Below the pieces are notes generated by a model. It worked only from the letters and a program-made list of their open reading frames with translations, was not told where the DNA came from and did not search any database. From Chloroflexota bacterium (GTDB lineage Bacteria; Chloroflexota; UBA11872; VXOZ01), in contig OZ219802.1 of assembly GCA_964291655.2 (NCBI GenBank), positions 2,336,001 to 2,400,000 of the forward strand: a stretch of DNA of 64,000 bases. Direction: 5' to 3'. The position numbers and the translations under genes are program-made. Below are positions 48,058 to 58,274 of the stretch, one piece after another; the first letter of the stretch is position 1; each line of letters opens with the position of its first letter.

Positions 48058-48816
48058 TTAGGACATAGGTGTCTTGTGGAACGTGCGGATGAACGCGACG
48101 AGATTCTTGGTGATGGCGTCCAACAGGACTTTGCCTTTTTCCGCCGTTGCCAGAGTAGGATCGCCATTCACGCCGGTTGTGCCCGGATCAAAGACCGGCC
48201 AGAAGTAGACGGGACCGCCCGAGGGCAAGCGGGACGGCGGGAATCTCATGTCCTTTACCGTGGTATTCATGTCGACTAATTCTTGTCTGAGATGCAGCAT
48301 CAGTGACGTCTCAACTTCACAGGCGTGGCCGACTTTCTTGCGTTCGCCTTCGAGCACTGCCGCGATGTCCTCGGCTGCCAGGTCCCAGTACGTCGCGGCG
48401 GCGATTTCGATGCCTGCGGCGCCAAGTTTCATGGTGGTGGCTTTCATGGTCTGATCGTTGCCACCGTGGCCGTTGAGCAGCAAGATATGCCGGAACCCGT
48501 GCTGCCACATGCAGGTTACGACCTCGGCTATCACCTGGGAGAACGTGTCAACGGACAGGGTAAGCGTGCCGGTGAAATGCATGTGGTGCGGGGAAACACC
48601 CGTCCACAGGGGCGGGGCTATCAATACCGGCACTTCGGATGCGAGTTCTTGCGCCGCCGCCAGGGCAACGGTTTCTGCTAAAAAGATGTCGGTATCCACC
48701 GGCAGGTGGCGGCCGTGCTGCTCGATTGACCCGACCGGCAGAATAACCACCGCGTCGTGGTCGCGCATCTCCGCGATTTCGTCCCGGTTCATGTGCTGCC
48801 AAACGTAGCGTTCCAT
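48058..48816 (-). CDS. Creatininase family protein
   Basis: PVGSIEQHGRHLP.DTD, NGHGGN, GHACEVETS; RBS AAGGAG before ATG 48816. Confidence 0.93.
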   Translation of the reverse strand: MERYVWQHMNRDEIAEMRDHDAVVILPVGSIEQHGRHLPVDTDIFLAETVALAAAQELASEVPVLIAPPLWTGVSPHHMHFTGTLTLSVDTFSQVIAEVVTCMWQHGFRHILLLNGHGGNDQTMKATTMKLGAAGIEIAAATYWDLAAEDIAAVLEGERKKVGHACEVETSLMLHLRQELVDMNTTVKDMRFPPSRLPSGGPVYFWPVFDPGTTGVNGDPTLATAEKGKVLLDAITKNLVAFIRTFHKTPMS

Positions 48817-48906
48817 GGTTCTCTCCTTATGCATTCGGCACGTGTGTCGCTATGCCGTGAGGCTATTTCAAGCTTCCTCGCCACTCCCGTGCAGAGCCGA
48901 ACCCCA

Positions 48907-49167
48907 GATTTCCCGCCTGCGCAGGAGTGACCTCCGGTAGCGTAAGTTTGCAATCCCGTATCGAGTACGGAACAGGTCCTGCGCTTGCCCGAGACTTTCG
49001 TCAATGCGGGTGCGGCGGTTGATGCTCGTCACTCCCGCGCCTCAGCCCGATCCGTCATTCTCGCGCAAGCGGGATTCCATCCGCTTCCCGCCAATTGCTC
49101 GCCCCCAAATGCGGGAGGACAGTCCCCGCGCGTCATTCTTAGATTCCTCGCTGCGCTCGGAATGACA
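48907..49167. repeat. REP-B cluster
   Basis: AGATTTCCCGCCTGCGCAGGAGTGAC; GTCATTCTCGCGCAAGCGGGATTCC; AGATTCCTCGCTGCGCTCGGAATGAC. Confidence 0.7.
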
Positions 49168-49208
49168 TGAAATGTCAATACTGGCTCGTCCTTTTCGTGG
49201 CACTGACA

Positions 49209-50036
49209 TCAAAGTGTGGCTTCACTCGGTGCGGAATATGGCTGGATCAGCTTTGCGGTGCTCAGCGCCTTCAGCACGCTGTCGCCGCGGTATTCGACAA
49301 TTCTCGAGTCAATCTTAGTGCAGCCTTCCCCATCAAAGTAAATGCGGTCGACGAGGTCCGTGCTGTTGTACCGAACGCGCACCGTAACCGGTGGAGAAAC
49401 CGCATAAGGCGTGAACTCGCTCGCTCGCTCCACCGCACGGCATGCCTTGGCCTGGAGCAATTCACGCGAGCGTTGCGGCGAGAGCATGCGCGCCGCGTGG
49501 CGCCCCAGGGCTTGCTTCACTTGCGCCGTCTCAATGTTCCCAAGGAGATCACGAGCCTCGGCACAGGCCCTATCGTCGCCGGTGACCAGACCGACCGGCA
49601 CGCCGTGCGCACCGGCAATCGCGGCATCGATCATTATTTCCCCTGCCGGCAGGCCGTTGATCGTAATGTCCTGATAGGAGGCCGAACTCATGGTGTGGTC
49701 CCGCACGGCATTTGCCGTGCCGGACATGGCATGGTAGCCCACCAACATCATGACATCGGTATCTTCCAAGAATGGGAATCGTTCCTGGTGGGCGCCACCC
49801 ATGAGGTAGTCGGCGTCGGGGTGCAATTCCTCATAGATGAAGTTGAAGCCAGAGGCATGGGCGTCTATCACGACAACTTCATCAGCGCCTCCGTCGAGCG
49901 CGCCGGTGATGACGGCATTCGTATCGTTCACCAACATGCGGCGCGCTTCTTGATAGAACAACCTGCCGTGCAAGAGTTGCTCCGAGATGATGACGCCACT
50001 GATCCCTTCCATGTCAACGGCAATGTACGCTTTCAT
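49209..50036 (-). CDS. M55-family D-aminopeptidase (DppA-like)
   Basis: YIAVDMEGISG, IDAH, VGYHA, HTMS, VTGD; start at ATG 50036. Confidence 0.92.
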   Translation of the reverse strand: MKAYIAVDMEGISGVIISEQLLHGRLFYQEARRMLVNDTNAVITGALDGGADEVVVIDAHASGFNFIYEELHPDADYLMGGAHQERFPFLEDTDVMMLVGYHAMSGTANAVRDHTMSSASYQDITINGLPAGEIMIDAAIAGAHGVPVGLVTGDDRACAEARDLLGNIETAQVKQALGRHAARMLSPQRSRELLQAKACRAVERASEFTPYAVSPPVTVRVRYNSTDLVDRIYFDGEGCTKIDSRIVEYRGDSVLKALSTAKLIQPYSAPSEATL

Positions 50037-50539
50037 ATCCGTGCACTTCTCCTGGGCAAAACCTCTCGATACGTCTCTCATACTTGCAGCCGGGGAGCGG
50101 TTGCCACTGCCGAGCAACTTGAGCTTGAGGCTTTGCTAGTGGTGTCCGCCGGGTCATGCAATGTTGCCGCGCCGCGTGCAGGATGGGTTCATTTCCATAT
50201 TGAATGAACATCACTCTGGCACGGCGGGCCGATCAAATGCTCCAAACTGGCTGCGACAACGGAGGGGCACGCCCACCCCCGCCAATGCTAGACAAAGACA
50301 CGCTATTATAGTCACGCGCGGTGCTATTCGTAAACGCGCGCCTATCCTTAGCTGACATGCATCGAAAACTATGGTACTCTCAAGGGGTACGTAACTTGCG
50401 TGCGTATCTCTCGCGCGAGCCTCAACTTAGGGAAGGGCACTTTCCCTAAACCTCCTTGATGTGCACTAGCGGCACTTTCATAGTGAAATCAGAAGATTCT
50501 GGCAGCCAATTCGACTGTGAAGAGGAGTATAATCCCACC

Positions 50540-52399
50540 ATGCGATGTATGAACCGGGTACGTCACGTAACTGGGGCGCTTGCCCTGGTTGCAATTCTAT
50601 TCACCCAAGTGTCGATGCCTGTCAGTGCGCAGGAAGCGACGACTTTTACATCTGCGGTGGTAACCAAGAACCATTACGACACGACGCTGAAGCACAATAT
50701 CCCAAATCTCCAGGTCACGCGGAATGGCGTGACGCACAGCGTAAACTTCCTCGACCACTACAGCTCCACCGGCGGGCTGACACGGTGGGGAGTCCCGATC
50801 TCTGAGGTTGTCGAAGAAGAGATTGGAAACCTCTCCCAATACTACCAGCGCGGCGTGGTTGACTGGCATTGGCGTCCAGATCTCGGGCGCTATGAGATGG
50901 AGCGGCGCCTGGCATGGGACTTCTTTGGCGGCGGCTCCGGCGGCAGTGTCGACCTTGGGGTGGAGCTGGGCCGCACTAACCCGCATCCCGGAGAGGTCGT
51001 GGGCCCGTGGGGTCATAAGGTCTCAGACTTTTCGATCAGAGGCATCTACACTGGCTTCAAGAGTTTTTATGAATCGCTTGGGGGTGTGAATGCGTTCGGC
51101 TTTCCCAAGACTGATGCCAGAATTGATACAAACGCATCCGGAACGCTGCACATTCAATCAGCCTCACCCGGCTTTATCCGCCAGTATTTTCAGGCAGCAG
51201 TGTTGGAGTTCCACAGGGAAGACCCAGAGCCGGTCAAACTGCGGCTTCTCGGTGACGATCTGCGCAATTTGAATTACCCGAACAATAGCTGGCGGACGTA
51301 CGCGGCATTCAACGCCGTATCTGCGCTCACTCCGGGGCAGCAATACACTGTTCCTCGCGTGGTTCGCGGGCATACATCTGTGGGACGGCCAGTGGTTGTT
51401 GTGCCGACTGCCACGCCGAGGCCCGGGACACCGGTTTCACCCACAGCCACGCCAATTCCTGGGGCCACGCCGGTACCTACGGCGACGCCTGTTCCCGCTC
51501 CCGTGGTACCTGCTGGCACGAGCGTCTGGTTCGGGACAGCAGAAAAGGGCCTTTCTCACTTTGACGGCACCAACTGGGAAACGACGCGCTCCTTCAAGAA
51601 TCCTCTCCCGAGCGACGAGATCAACGATATCTTCATCTCCTCTGATGGGTCGAAGTGGTTTGCAACCCAGAACGGCTTGGCTTGGCTGCGTGGCGGTGTT
51701 TGGTTGCCTTTTTGGACGAGTTCGTCAGGCTTCGCCGCGAATGAGGTTACCTCTGTGCACGTACTTGGTAACCTGGTCTGGATCGGCACGGACGGAGGCG
51801 GCGCTTCATTCGGTCGCATTACAGGTAGCACCGTAAGATGGGAGAAATTGGACAGGGACAACTCCAACATCCCATCCGATGTCGTCCGAGACGTGCTGAT
51901 AATAAATGAGCAACTCAACCGCGTGTGGCTAGCCACGGACAATGGCGCCGCGATTTTCAATAACGGCATCTGGACGATTTTCCAGAACATCGATACCACG
52001 AGTCTGGCGGTTGAATCGGGCAATGTATGGGTAGGCACGAACGGCCATGGTGTCAGCGTATACGATGGTGAGACTTGGACGGTCTATACAACCACCAATT
52101 CTGCCATCGCCAGTGATACGATACGCCACATTACCGTGGGCCCGGACGGAAGAGTCTGGTTGGCAACGCAAAACGGAGTCAGTGTGTACAATGGCGCCAA
52201 CTGGGCGAATCACAACAGCTTTGCCTCGGGCATCACGAGTAACGACGTCTATGACATCGCCATAGACGCGGCGGGGCAGGCCTGGGTGGCCACCGATGCA
52301 GGCGCCAGCGTGTTGCTAACAAGCGGGACCTGGCAGCCGTACCAGACCGCAAATTCTGACATTCATGACGATTCAATTCGTGCGGTAGCGGTGGAGTAA
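50540..52399 (+). CDS. Secreted protein: LGFP-like repeat region, Pro/Thr linker, two-component-regulator-type beta-propeller
   Basis: Signal peptide; GGLTRWGVPISE..QYYQR and GGVNAFGFPKT..QYFQ repeats; PTATP linker; repeated S..V.DI....G.VW.AT.GG blades. Confidence 0.8.
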   Translation: MRCMNRVRHVTGALALVAILFTQVSMPVSAQEATTFTSAVVTKNHYDTTLKHNIPNLQVTRNGVTHSVNFLDHYSSTGGLTRWGVPISEVVEEEIGNLSQYYQRGVVDWHWRPDLGRYEMERRLAWDFFGGGSGGSVDLGVELGRTNPHPGEVVGPWGHKVSDFSIRGIYTGFKSFYESLGGVNAFGFPKTDARIDTNASGTLHIQSASPGFIRQYFQAAVLEFHREDPEPVKLRLLGDDLRNLNYPNNSWRTYAAFNAVSALTPGQQYTVPRVVRGHTSVGRPVVVVPTATPRPGTPVSPTATPIPGATPVPTATPVPAPVVPAGTSVWFGTAEKGLSHFDGTNWETTRSFKNPLPSDEINDIFISSDGSKWFATQNGLAWLRGGVWLPFWTSSSGFAANEVTSVHVLGNLVWIGTDGGGASFGRITGSTVRWEKLDRDNSNIPSDVVRDVLIINEQLNRVWLATDNGAAIFNNGIWTIFQNIDTTSLAVESGNVWVGTNGHGVSVYDGETWTVYTTTNSAIASDTIRHITVGPDGRVWLATQNGVSVYNGANWANHNSFASGITSNDVYDIAIDAAGQAWVATDAGASVLLTSGTWQPYQTANSDIHDDSIRAVAVE

Positions 52400-52647
52400 A
52401 GGCTGCCAGCCCGGGTTGGCTGCAAGAAGTCCTAGCTGGAAAACGAACGATGACCGCATCAGCGTGCATGAGCGCTGGTGCGGTCAAACGTTGTAGGGAC
52501 GTTGACTAGGGCCTCTAGCCTTCCAAGGCAATCATTGAGACTGGCTGAAACCGCAGCTTGTCTATGAGAGCTTGTGGTCACTTGCCGTGCTCTGCGCTCG
52601 CGAGAGTGCAGGGCATCGCGCATGGCGGATTCTGCTAAGCTGAGAAT

Positions 52648-53316
52648 ATGCGAGATCCAATTCGACACGTCAAAGCGCTGGCATTTGCGGTGGTTGTATT
52701 CCTGATCACCTCGTTCGCCTTGGCGCAGGCCAATCCGCAGGTATTTCCCTTCATGCCGTATGTTTGGCCGTACATTGCCGGCCGTTCCTTGACCTACAAC
52801 GGTACGGAACTCGAGAGTGCCCCCGCACCGCAGTTTGCCCTGCAGAATCAACACGGCGCAACAGTCTCCCTGGCGGACCAGCAAGGAAGGGTTGTGCTGC
52901 TTACCTTTCTCGACCCTCTGTGCAGCGACGACTGCCTACTCTTAACGCAGGAGATTGCCGCTGCCCAGCAGCAGTTGGGAGCAGATTCAGATGGACTATT
53001 GGTGCTGGCAATAAACGTCAATCCTGCGGAGCAGACGCCGGACGCAATGCAGACGTTTCTCCAAAGCCAGGGGCTTGAACAGAATCTCTCCTGGCATTTT
53101 CTGAGCGGAGAGTGGGATGCAATTGCAGAAATTGTAGCTGGGTACTACGTGTCAGCGGGTGAGCCGAAACCGAGCAAGCCGGGCGAGGTGGTTCATCAGA
53201 ACGTGGTGTTTCTCATAGATTCCCGCGGCGAGTTGCGCGTGTTGATCACCTATCCCACGCCGGTGGGCGCAGCGCTACAGGACGTCATCGTAGAACGCGT
53301 GCGGCAACTACACTAG
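52648..53316 (+). CDS. SCO-family copper chaperone/thioredoxin-fold protein
   Basis: APQFAL.NQHG, CSDDC (CxxxC), distal VVHQN..FLIDSRG. Confidence 0.88.
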   Translation: MRDPIRHVKALAFAVVVFLITSFALAQANPQVFPFMPYVWPYIAGRSLTYNGTELESAPAPQFALQNQHGATVSLADQQGRVVLLTFLDPLCSDDCLLLTQEIAAAQQQLGADSDGLLVLAINVNPAEQTPDAMQTFLQSQGLEQNLSWHFLSGEWDAIAEIVAGYYVSAGEPKPSKPGEVVHQNVVFLIDSRGELRVLITYPTPVGAALQDVIVERVRQLH

Positions 53317-54282
53317 CCGCTCTATATGCTCCACCACATACTGTGGCTGCGGCTCGTCTTCCTTGCCGCAGGAGCTTGGGAACGTGAGCATTTGCTCGGC
53401 TGCTTCGCGCACGCTGACCCTGTACGATCCTGCGCGCGAGGAATCGGGCAACGTGTAAGACAGCGTCACATTGGCCCTGTTGTCGTCCTCGTCGCTTACG
53501 GCGACTTCACTCTTTACACGGTACGCTGTCCACGGCCAATCCTCGGCCATCAAAACTGCATGCTCGGCGGTTTGTTCCAGCGGCGACAGCCGTCCCCAGC
53601 CCCGATACTGCCGGTCAAGCGCAGCAAACGATCCTTTGCGCGCCACAAGATTGGGCAGAGAATCGGCGGTAATGTAGGCATAATAGCGGCCTTCCGGTAA
53701 GTCGAGCAGCGTCGGCGCCATACGGTGCCCGCCAAGATGGCTGCACCGCCAGACGCGCAGGCCTTCCGGCTGTGCGCGGGCATAGTCTTCGCGGAGCTCG
53801 CGGTAGATGTTAAAGCCGAAGGTGGCGCAACAGCGGTCGCGGCTGCCGTGGTTGCACACGAGCAACTCGCGGATGCCGCCGGTGTCTTGCTCGTACGCGG
53901 CAAAGCGCTGTAGATCATCCTGCTTGTACAGCAGCGCCTCCACGAGCGCCGCGAGTAGTGCCGGAGGAATGAGATACTCCCGCTTCGCATAGGTCGGCGA
54001 TGTCACATCGGTATGCGCGAAGTAGAACAAGCGGGTAAGTCCGGCCCGCGAATATTCGGGATCCGGCATCAGGCCTGTTACGCGGGGTTCGATTCCGTCC
54101 TCGGCGGCCCGAGCGAGTACAGCTCCCACTGCCGCGGGGAACGTCGCCGAATCCGTTACTTCTCGCGCCCACGGCACCTCGCACTCTAATGCCACGTGCG
54201 CAAGGTAGGTCGGCGCGGTGCCAACCGGATGGAATCCGGCTGCCCGCGCTACGCGCGAGCAGAATCCTGTGACTGTAGACAC
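53308..54282 (-). CDS. Sucrase/ferredoxin-like (2Fe-2S) protein
   Basis: LLVCNHGSRDRCCA, WRCSHLGGHRMAPT; start trimmed because the ORF extension runs through repeats. Confidence 0.85.
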   Translation of the reverse strand: MSTVTGFCSRVARAAGFHPVGTAPTYLAHVALECEVPWAREVTDSATFPAAVGAVLARAAEDGIEPRVTGLMPDPEYSRAGLTRLFYFAHTDVTSPTYAKREYLIPPALLAALVEALLYKQDDLQRFAAYEQDTGGIRELLVCNHGSRDRCCATFGFNIYRELREDYARAQPEGLRVWRCSHLGGHRMAPTLLDLPEGRYYAYITADSLPNLVARKGSFAALDRQYRGWGRLSPLEQTAEHAVLMAEDWPWTAYRVKSEVAVSDEDDNRANVTLSYTLPDSSRAGSYRVSVREAAEQMLTFPSSCGKEDEPQPQYVVEHIERLV

Positions 54283-54336
54283 TCCCACCGTACTCCCTTT
54301 CACGGCTCGCTCTGCGCAGAATTGCGAGCCAAAGTC

Positions 54337-54610
54337 GTAGCGCGGGGGCTCGTCCCCCGCCTCTTGGCAGGGAATGTGCCCGGAGAAACGGCACAGGCTG
54401 CAAACCTGCGCTACCGTCAACCCCGCCTCTTGGCAGGTAAGTTGCCCAGAGACATGGCGCAGGTTACAAACCTGCGCTACCGTCCCCCGCCTCTTCGCAG
54501 AGAAGCTTTCCGAAGATATGGCACAGGTTAAAAACCTGTGCTACCGTCAACCCCGCCTCTTCGCAGGTAAGTTGCCCAGAGACATGGCGCAGGTTACAAA
54601 CCTGCGCTAC
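54337..54610. repeat. Four 64/66-bp tandem units built from two GTAG-REP subfamilies
   Basis: Intact GTAGCGCGGGGGCTCGTCCCCCGC, then units at 54351, 54415, 54481, 54545 each ending GC.CAGG.T.(C/A)AAACCTG.GCTAC. Confidence 0.9.
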
Positions 54611-54730
54611 CTTCACCCCTGTTCAACAGGACAACCGTGTCGAACTACGCGCGTATCTCCGTCCGCACGCGACCGTCGTCATCACCTCGCCCGGATTGTC
54701 GTCTCGCGTACACATCCCGCCGGTTCACCA

Positions 54731-54739
54731 TGCTACACT
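54731..54739 (+). promoter_or_regulatory. Extended -10 promoter, likely for the ccm operon
   Basis: TGcTACACT about 50 nt upstream of 54789. Confidence 0.45.
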
Positions 54740-54788
54740 AGCAAGGAATTGAGCCTGGGGCAACGCGGTACCGAGGATAGCGCCAAGT

Positions 54789-55295
54789 GTGAGCACGTTA
54801 GATTTTCTCCGTGTTGCACTGCGTTGGGTGCATCTGTCCGCGGCGGTGGTCTGGATTGGCGGAACGTTCTTCTACCTGTTGGCGATCCGGCCCTCAGTTG
54901 ACACGGCGGAGAAGGCCGCCGGTTGGGGAAAGATCCGCCAAGGGGTGGAGCGGCAGTTCCATGAGATCGTGCAAGTTTGCATCTGGACGTTCTTCATTTC
55001 CGGCGCCATCCTGACGTACGACCGGCTGACGTCGGTTAATCCAGGCCTGGATTACATTGCCGTCTTGGTGCTTAAGGTACTATTGGTAGTGTGGATGGTA
55101 TACGTTTCCGGTGGGCTGCGGCGGTCGGGAGCTCGCAAACCGATTGGCGCGCAGCGGCAGGAGACAGCGGCCGCACCGGGCATCCGCCAGCGCATGCGCT
55201 CGCCGGTTGTGCAGGTTGCAATTGTCGGTAGTGTGGTGCTCTTGTTGGCCGATCTGCTCAAGGTAATTGCGGAAAACGCGTTACGCTCGTTGTAA
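54789..55295 (+). CDS. CopD-like four-TM membrane protein
   Basis: LRWVHLSAAVVWIGG N-terminal motif; ISG..L; LKVLLV. Confidence 0.65.
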   Translation: MSTLDFLRVALRWVHLSAAVVWIGGTFFYLLAIRPSVDTAEKAAGWGKIRQGVERQFHEIVQVCIWTFFISGAILTYDRLTSVNPGLDYIAVLVLKVLLVVWMVYVSGGLRRSGARKPIGAQRQETAAAPGIRQRMRSPVVQVAIVGSVVLLLADLLKVIAENALRSL

Positions 55296-55315
55296 GCTGG
55301 AGGAAGCCGAACCAA

Positions 55316-55777
55316 ATGGCAAATGAGGTGGCGTTGCCACGTGCTGGCGGGAATAGCCGGCGAGTTTTCGATATCAAGATCCTCGTGGGTGGCATCATCA
55401 TCCTGTTGGCGGTCGCTTACCTGATTGTGGCCGCATTGCCCTCCGGCACGGCGTACTACATCACGGTGAGCGAGCTGCAAGAGATGGGCGCGGAAGCGCA
55501 AACCCAGCAGACTCGGGTCTCCGGCAACGTGGTGCCCGGTACCATCGAACGCAGCGCCGAGACTCAGGACGTGCGCTTCCAAGTCGAGGACACGAGCGGA
55601 AAACTGACTGTCGTGTACAGCGGGGTTGTCCCCGACATTTTTGGCGATCATGCTCAGGTCGTGGTCGAAGGCAAACAGGGACTGGATGGCGTCTATCACG
55701 CCCACACGCTGCTGGCAAAGTGCCCGTCGCGGTTCGAGGAGGCGCCTGCAAGCGGCGGTGATTACGCACCATCTTGA
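55316..55777 (+). CDS. ccmE: Heme chaperone CcmE, Cys-type
   Basis: TM anchor, YYITVSEL, VVYSGVVPDIF, VVVEG, LLAKCPSRF. Confidence 0.92.
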   Translation: MANEVALPRAGGNSRRVFDIKILVGGIIILLAVAYLIVAALPSGTAYYITVSELQEMGAEAQTQQTRVSGNVVPGTIERSAETQDVRFQVEDTSGKLTVVYSGVVPDIFGDHAQVVVEGKQGLDGVYHAHTLLAKCPSRFEEAPASGGDYAPS

Positions 55778-55924
55778 TTGCGTGCTACCCGGGTATTGGC
55801 AGGATACGTATGCTCGCTTGCTGGCCGCTGTGCCGGTTGAACGGAAGTGACGACATGGCCGCTCATTCTCGCAGGTGGGATGGGCGGTATCTTTGTGCTC
55901 TGGCAGGCTACTCTGGGCCCGGTC

Positions 55925-56165
55925 TGCAAATGTCAGGTAATTCGTTGACAGATTTGGCAGAAGAAACATGGGAGCAGAACTCTGTGCTTGCCTACATACA
56001 TGTCATTCCGAACGGAGCGTAGCGGAGTGAGGAATCTAGAGTGCTGAAGCCAGTGTACTGTGTGAAGCATGGACCCTAGATTCCTCGCTTCGCTCGGAAT
56101 GACAAGGCCTTGTAGCGCTTTCTACGGGAAAGCGAATTCTGTCAACGAATTACTCAACACTTACA
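55925..56165. mobile_element. MITE-like family 2 copy between ccmE and ccmF
   Basis: Ends TGCAAATGTCAGGTAATTCGTTGACAGA / TCTGTCAACGAATTACTCAACACTTACA; internal inverted REP-B pair; no clear TSD. Confidence 0.7.
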
Positions 56166-56264
56166 ATTCCGGCCAATGGAGTCAACAACATGGGCTTCCA
56201 AGGCCGCTGGCAAGCAGTTGGCGTACATGCGAGATAGCAGGCTGAAGCACTCAAAACCATCGCA

Positions 56265-58262
56265 ATGACCGCAAGTATCGGAACAGCGCTACTCTTCATT
56301 TCCTTCTTGGCGGCGCTTTACAGCGCCTTCGCCGCTGTGCTGGGGGCACGGCTGCGCATACCGGAGTTGGTAGCCAGCGCGCGCAACGCTGTGGTTGCCG
56401 TCGCCGTCTTGGTGGCGCTCGCCGCGCTCACCCTCATGTACGCGTTTGTTACCCACGACTTCAGCCTGAAGTACGTTGTCGCCCAGTCAACACGGTCACA
56501 GCCGTGGGCGTATCTTTTCAGCGGGTTCTACGGGGGCCAGGCCGGTTCGTTGCTCTACTGGTCGCTGACCCTAGCGTTGCTCTCGTCGATAGTCGTGCTG
56601 CTTCACTTTCGCACCGACCGTCAGCTTATCCCATACGTCATTGCTACGCTCATGATCATCGAGTCGTTCTTTCTCGTCGTGCTCAACTTCATTTCGTCGC
56701 CATTCGAGACCGTGTCGCCGGTGCCGCCCGACGGCCGCGGCCTCAACCCACTCTTGCAGGACCCAGGCATGCTTGTGCACCCGCCCATGCTGCTTGCCGG
56801 GTACATGAGCGTATCAATCCCCTTTGCTTTTGCGATTGCCGCGTTGATTACCGGCCGGGTGGACAGTCGCTGGCTCCAGGCGACGCGCCGTTGGGCGTTG
56901 CTCGCCTGGCTCTTTCTTTCGCTGGGCAACCTGCTGGGCGCGTGGTGGGCTTATCACGTCCTCGGCTGGGGCGGCTACTGGGGCTGGGACCCCGTGGAGA
57001 ACGCCGCGATCATGCCCTGGTTTGCCATGTCGGCCTACGTGCATTCGGTGTTGGTGCAAGAACGGCGCGGCATGCTCAAGGTTTGGAACATGGTGCTCAT
57101 CATCGTGGCCTTCAACCTTGCCATTTTCGGCACATTCGTCGTGCGGAGCGGGATTTTGTCCTCCGTCCACTCGTTTGCGGTGTCCGAAATCGGCCCGTAC
57201 TTCTTCGGTTTCCTGGCAGTGAGCCTCATCGTCTCGCTCACGCTGCTCATGCTACGTTTGCCGCAACTGCGGGACGAGCACAATTTCGACTCCATGCTGT
57301 CGCGCGAAGCGACGTTCCTCTTCAACAATCTGCTCTTCGTTTCAATCATTCTCGTTACGTTTCTCGGCGTCATCTTCCCCCTGCTCTCGGAAGCGATCCA
57401 GGGGAGGAAAATCAACGTCGGCGCGCCCTTCTACCAGCAAGTTAACGGGCCGCTGTTGCTGGCCGTGGTCGCGCTCATGGGCTTGGGCATGCTTGTGCCG
57501 TGGCGGCGCGGCGCGGCGCGGGCTCTCATGCGCGGATTGCGCATAACGCTGGCCGTCTCCGCGCTGATTACGGTTGTTGCCATAGTACTTGGGGCGCGCT
57601 CGCCCTGGACGATACTGAGCGTCGCTGCCTGTACGTTCGCATTTGTTGTCGCTCTGCGGGAGTTTCATCGCACGGCCCTCGCTCTGATGCGCGCCCAGCA
57701 GACGATGTACCCCGCCGCTTTGCTCGCGGTCTTTCGCTATAATCGCCGCCGTTACGGCGGGTACCTCGTCCACGTCGGGGTGGCGATCATGGGTATTGCC
57801 ATAGTTGGCTCCTCATTCTTCCAGACAGAGCGTTCCGTGAGCTTGCGTCCGGGCCAGAGTGTGCAAGTCGGGCAATACACCGTGGCGTATCAAGGACTCA
57901 CGACGTGGAGCGAACCGGGCAAGCAGCGTACCATCGCTTCGATGCTCGTGCGCAATGCCAGCCAGTCGTTTGAGGTAGCGCCCCAGAAAGTCGTCTATGA
58001 AAACTGGGAAGACCAGCCGATTAGCGAGGTAGTGATCAAGACCGTCTATCCGCAACTTGACGACGTGTACATCGTGATGGCGGCCTACGGTGAAGACGGC
58101 GCGGCGAGTTTCCACATTTTCGTTAACCCCCTGGTAGCGTTCCTCTGGCTGGGCGGTGCGCTCCTCGTCATTGGCGGTTTAATTTCCTGGTGGCCGGAGC
58201 CTGCGCCCCTGCGCGCTGACGTGCGTAGCGGCCGTTTGGCGCCTGGCACGGTGCCGCCTTAA
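56265..58262 (+). CDS. ccmF: Cytochrome c heme lyase CcmF
   Basis: GLNPLLQ..HPP, WGGYWGWDPVEN WWD motif, SVHSF, YGGYLVHVG. Confidence 0.97.
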   Translation: MTASIGTALLFISFLAALYSAFAAVLGARLRIPELVASARNAVVAVAVLVALAALTLMYAFVTHDFSLKYVVAQSTRSQPWAYLFSGFYGGQAGSLLYWSLTLALLSSIVVLLHFRTDRQLIPYVIATLMIIESFFLVVLNFISSPFETVSPVPPDGRGLNPLLQDPGMLVHPPMLLAGYMSVSIPFAFAIAALITGRVDSRWLQATRRWALLAWLFLSLGNLLGAWWAYHVLGWGGYWGWDPVENAAIMPWFAMSAYVHSVLVQERRGMLKVWNMVLIIVAFNLAIFGTFVVRSGILSSVHSFAVSEIGPYFFGFLAVSLIVSLTLLMLRLPQLRDEHNFDSMLSREATFLFNNLLFVSIILVTFLGVIFPLLSEAIQGRKINVGAPFYQQVNGPLLLAVVALMGLGMLVPWRRGAARALMRGLRITLAVSALITVVAIVLGARSPWTILSVAACTFAFVVALREFHRTALALMRAQQTMYPAALLAVFRYNRRRYGGYLVHVGVAIMGIAIVGSSFFQTERSVSLRPGQSVQVGQYTVAYQGLTTWSEPGKQRTIASMLVRNASQSFEVAPQKVVYENWEDQPISEVVIKTVYPQLDDVYIVMAAYGEDGAASFHIFVNPLVAFLWLGGALLVIGGLISWWPEPAPLRADVRSGRLAPGTVPP

Positions 58263-58274
58263 GGAGCCACCGGG

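Noticed and set aside
48054-48167. Longer start for the dehydratase ORF
   Set aside because: Overlaps the creatininase gene; the family N-terminus MKI begins at 48053.
49167-50207. 346-aa plus-strand ORF, and similar long antisense ORFs at 47181-48068, 22665-23552, 24732-25547, 55052-55969
   Set aside because: Each overlaps a well-supported gene on the opposite strand.
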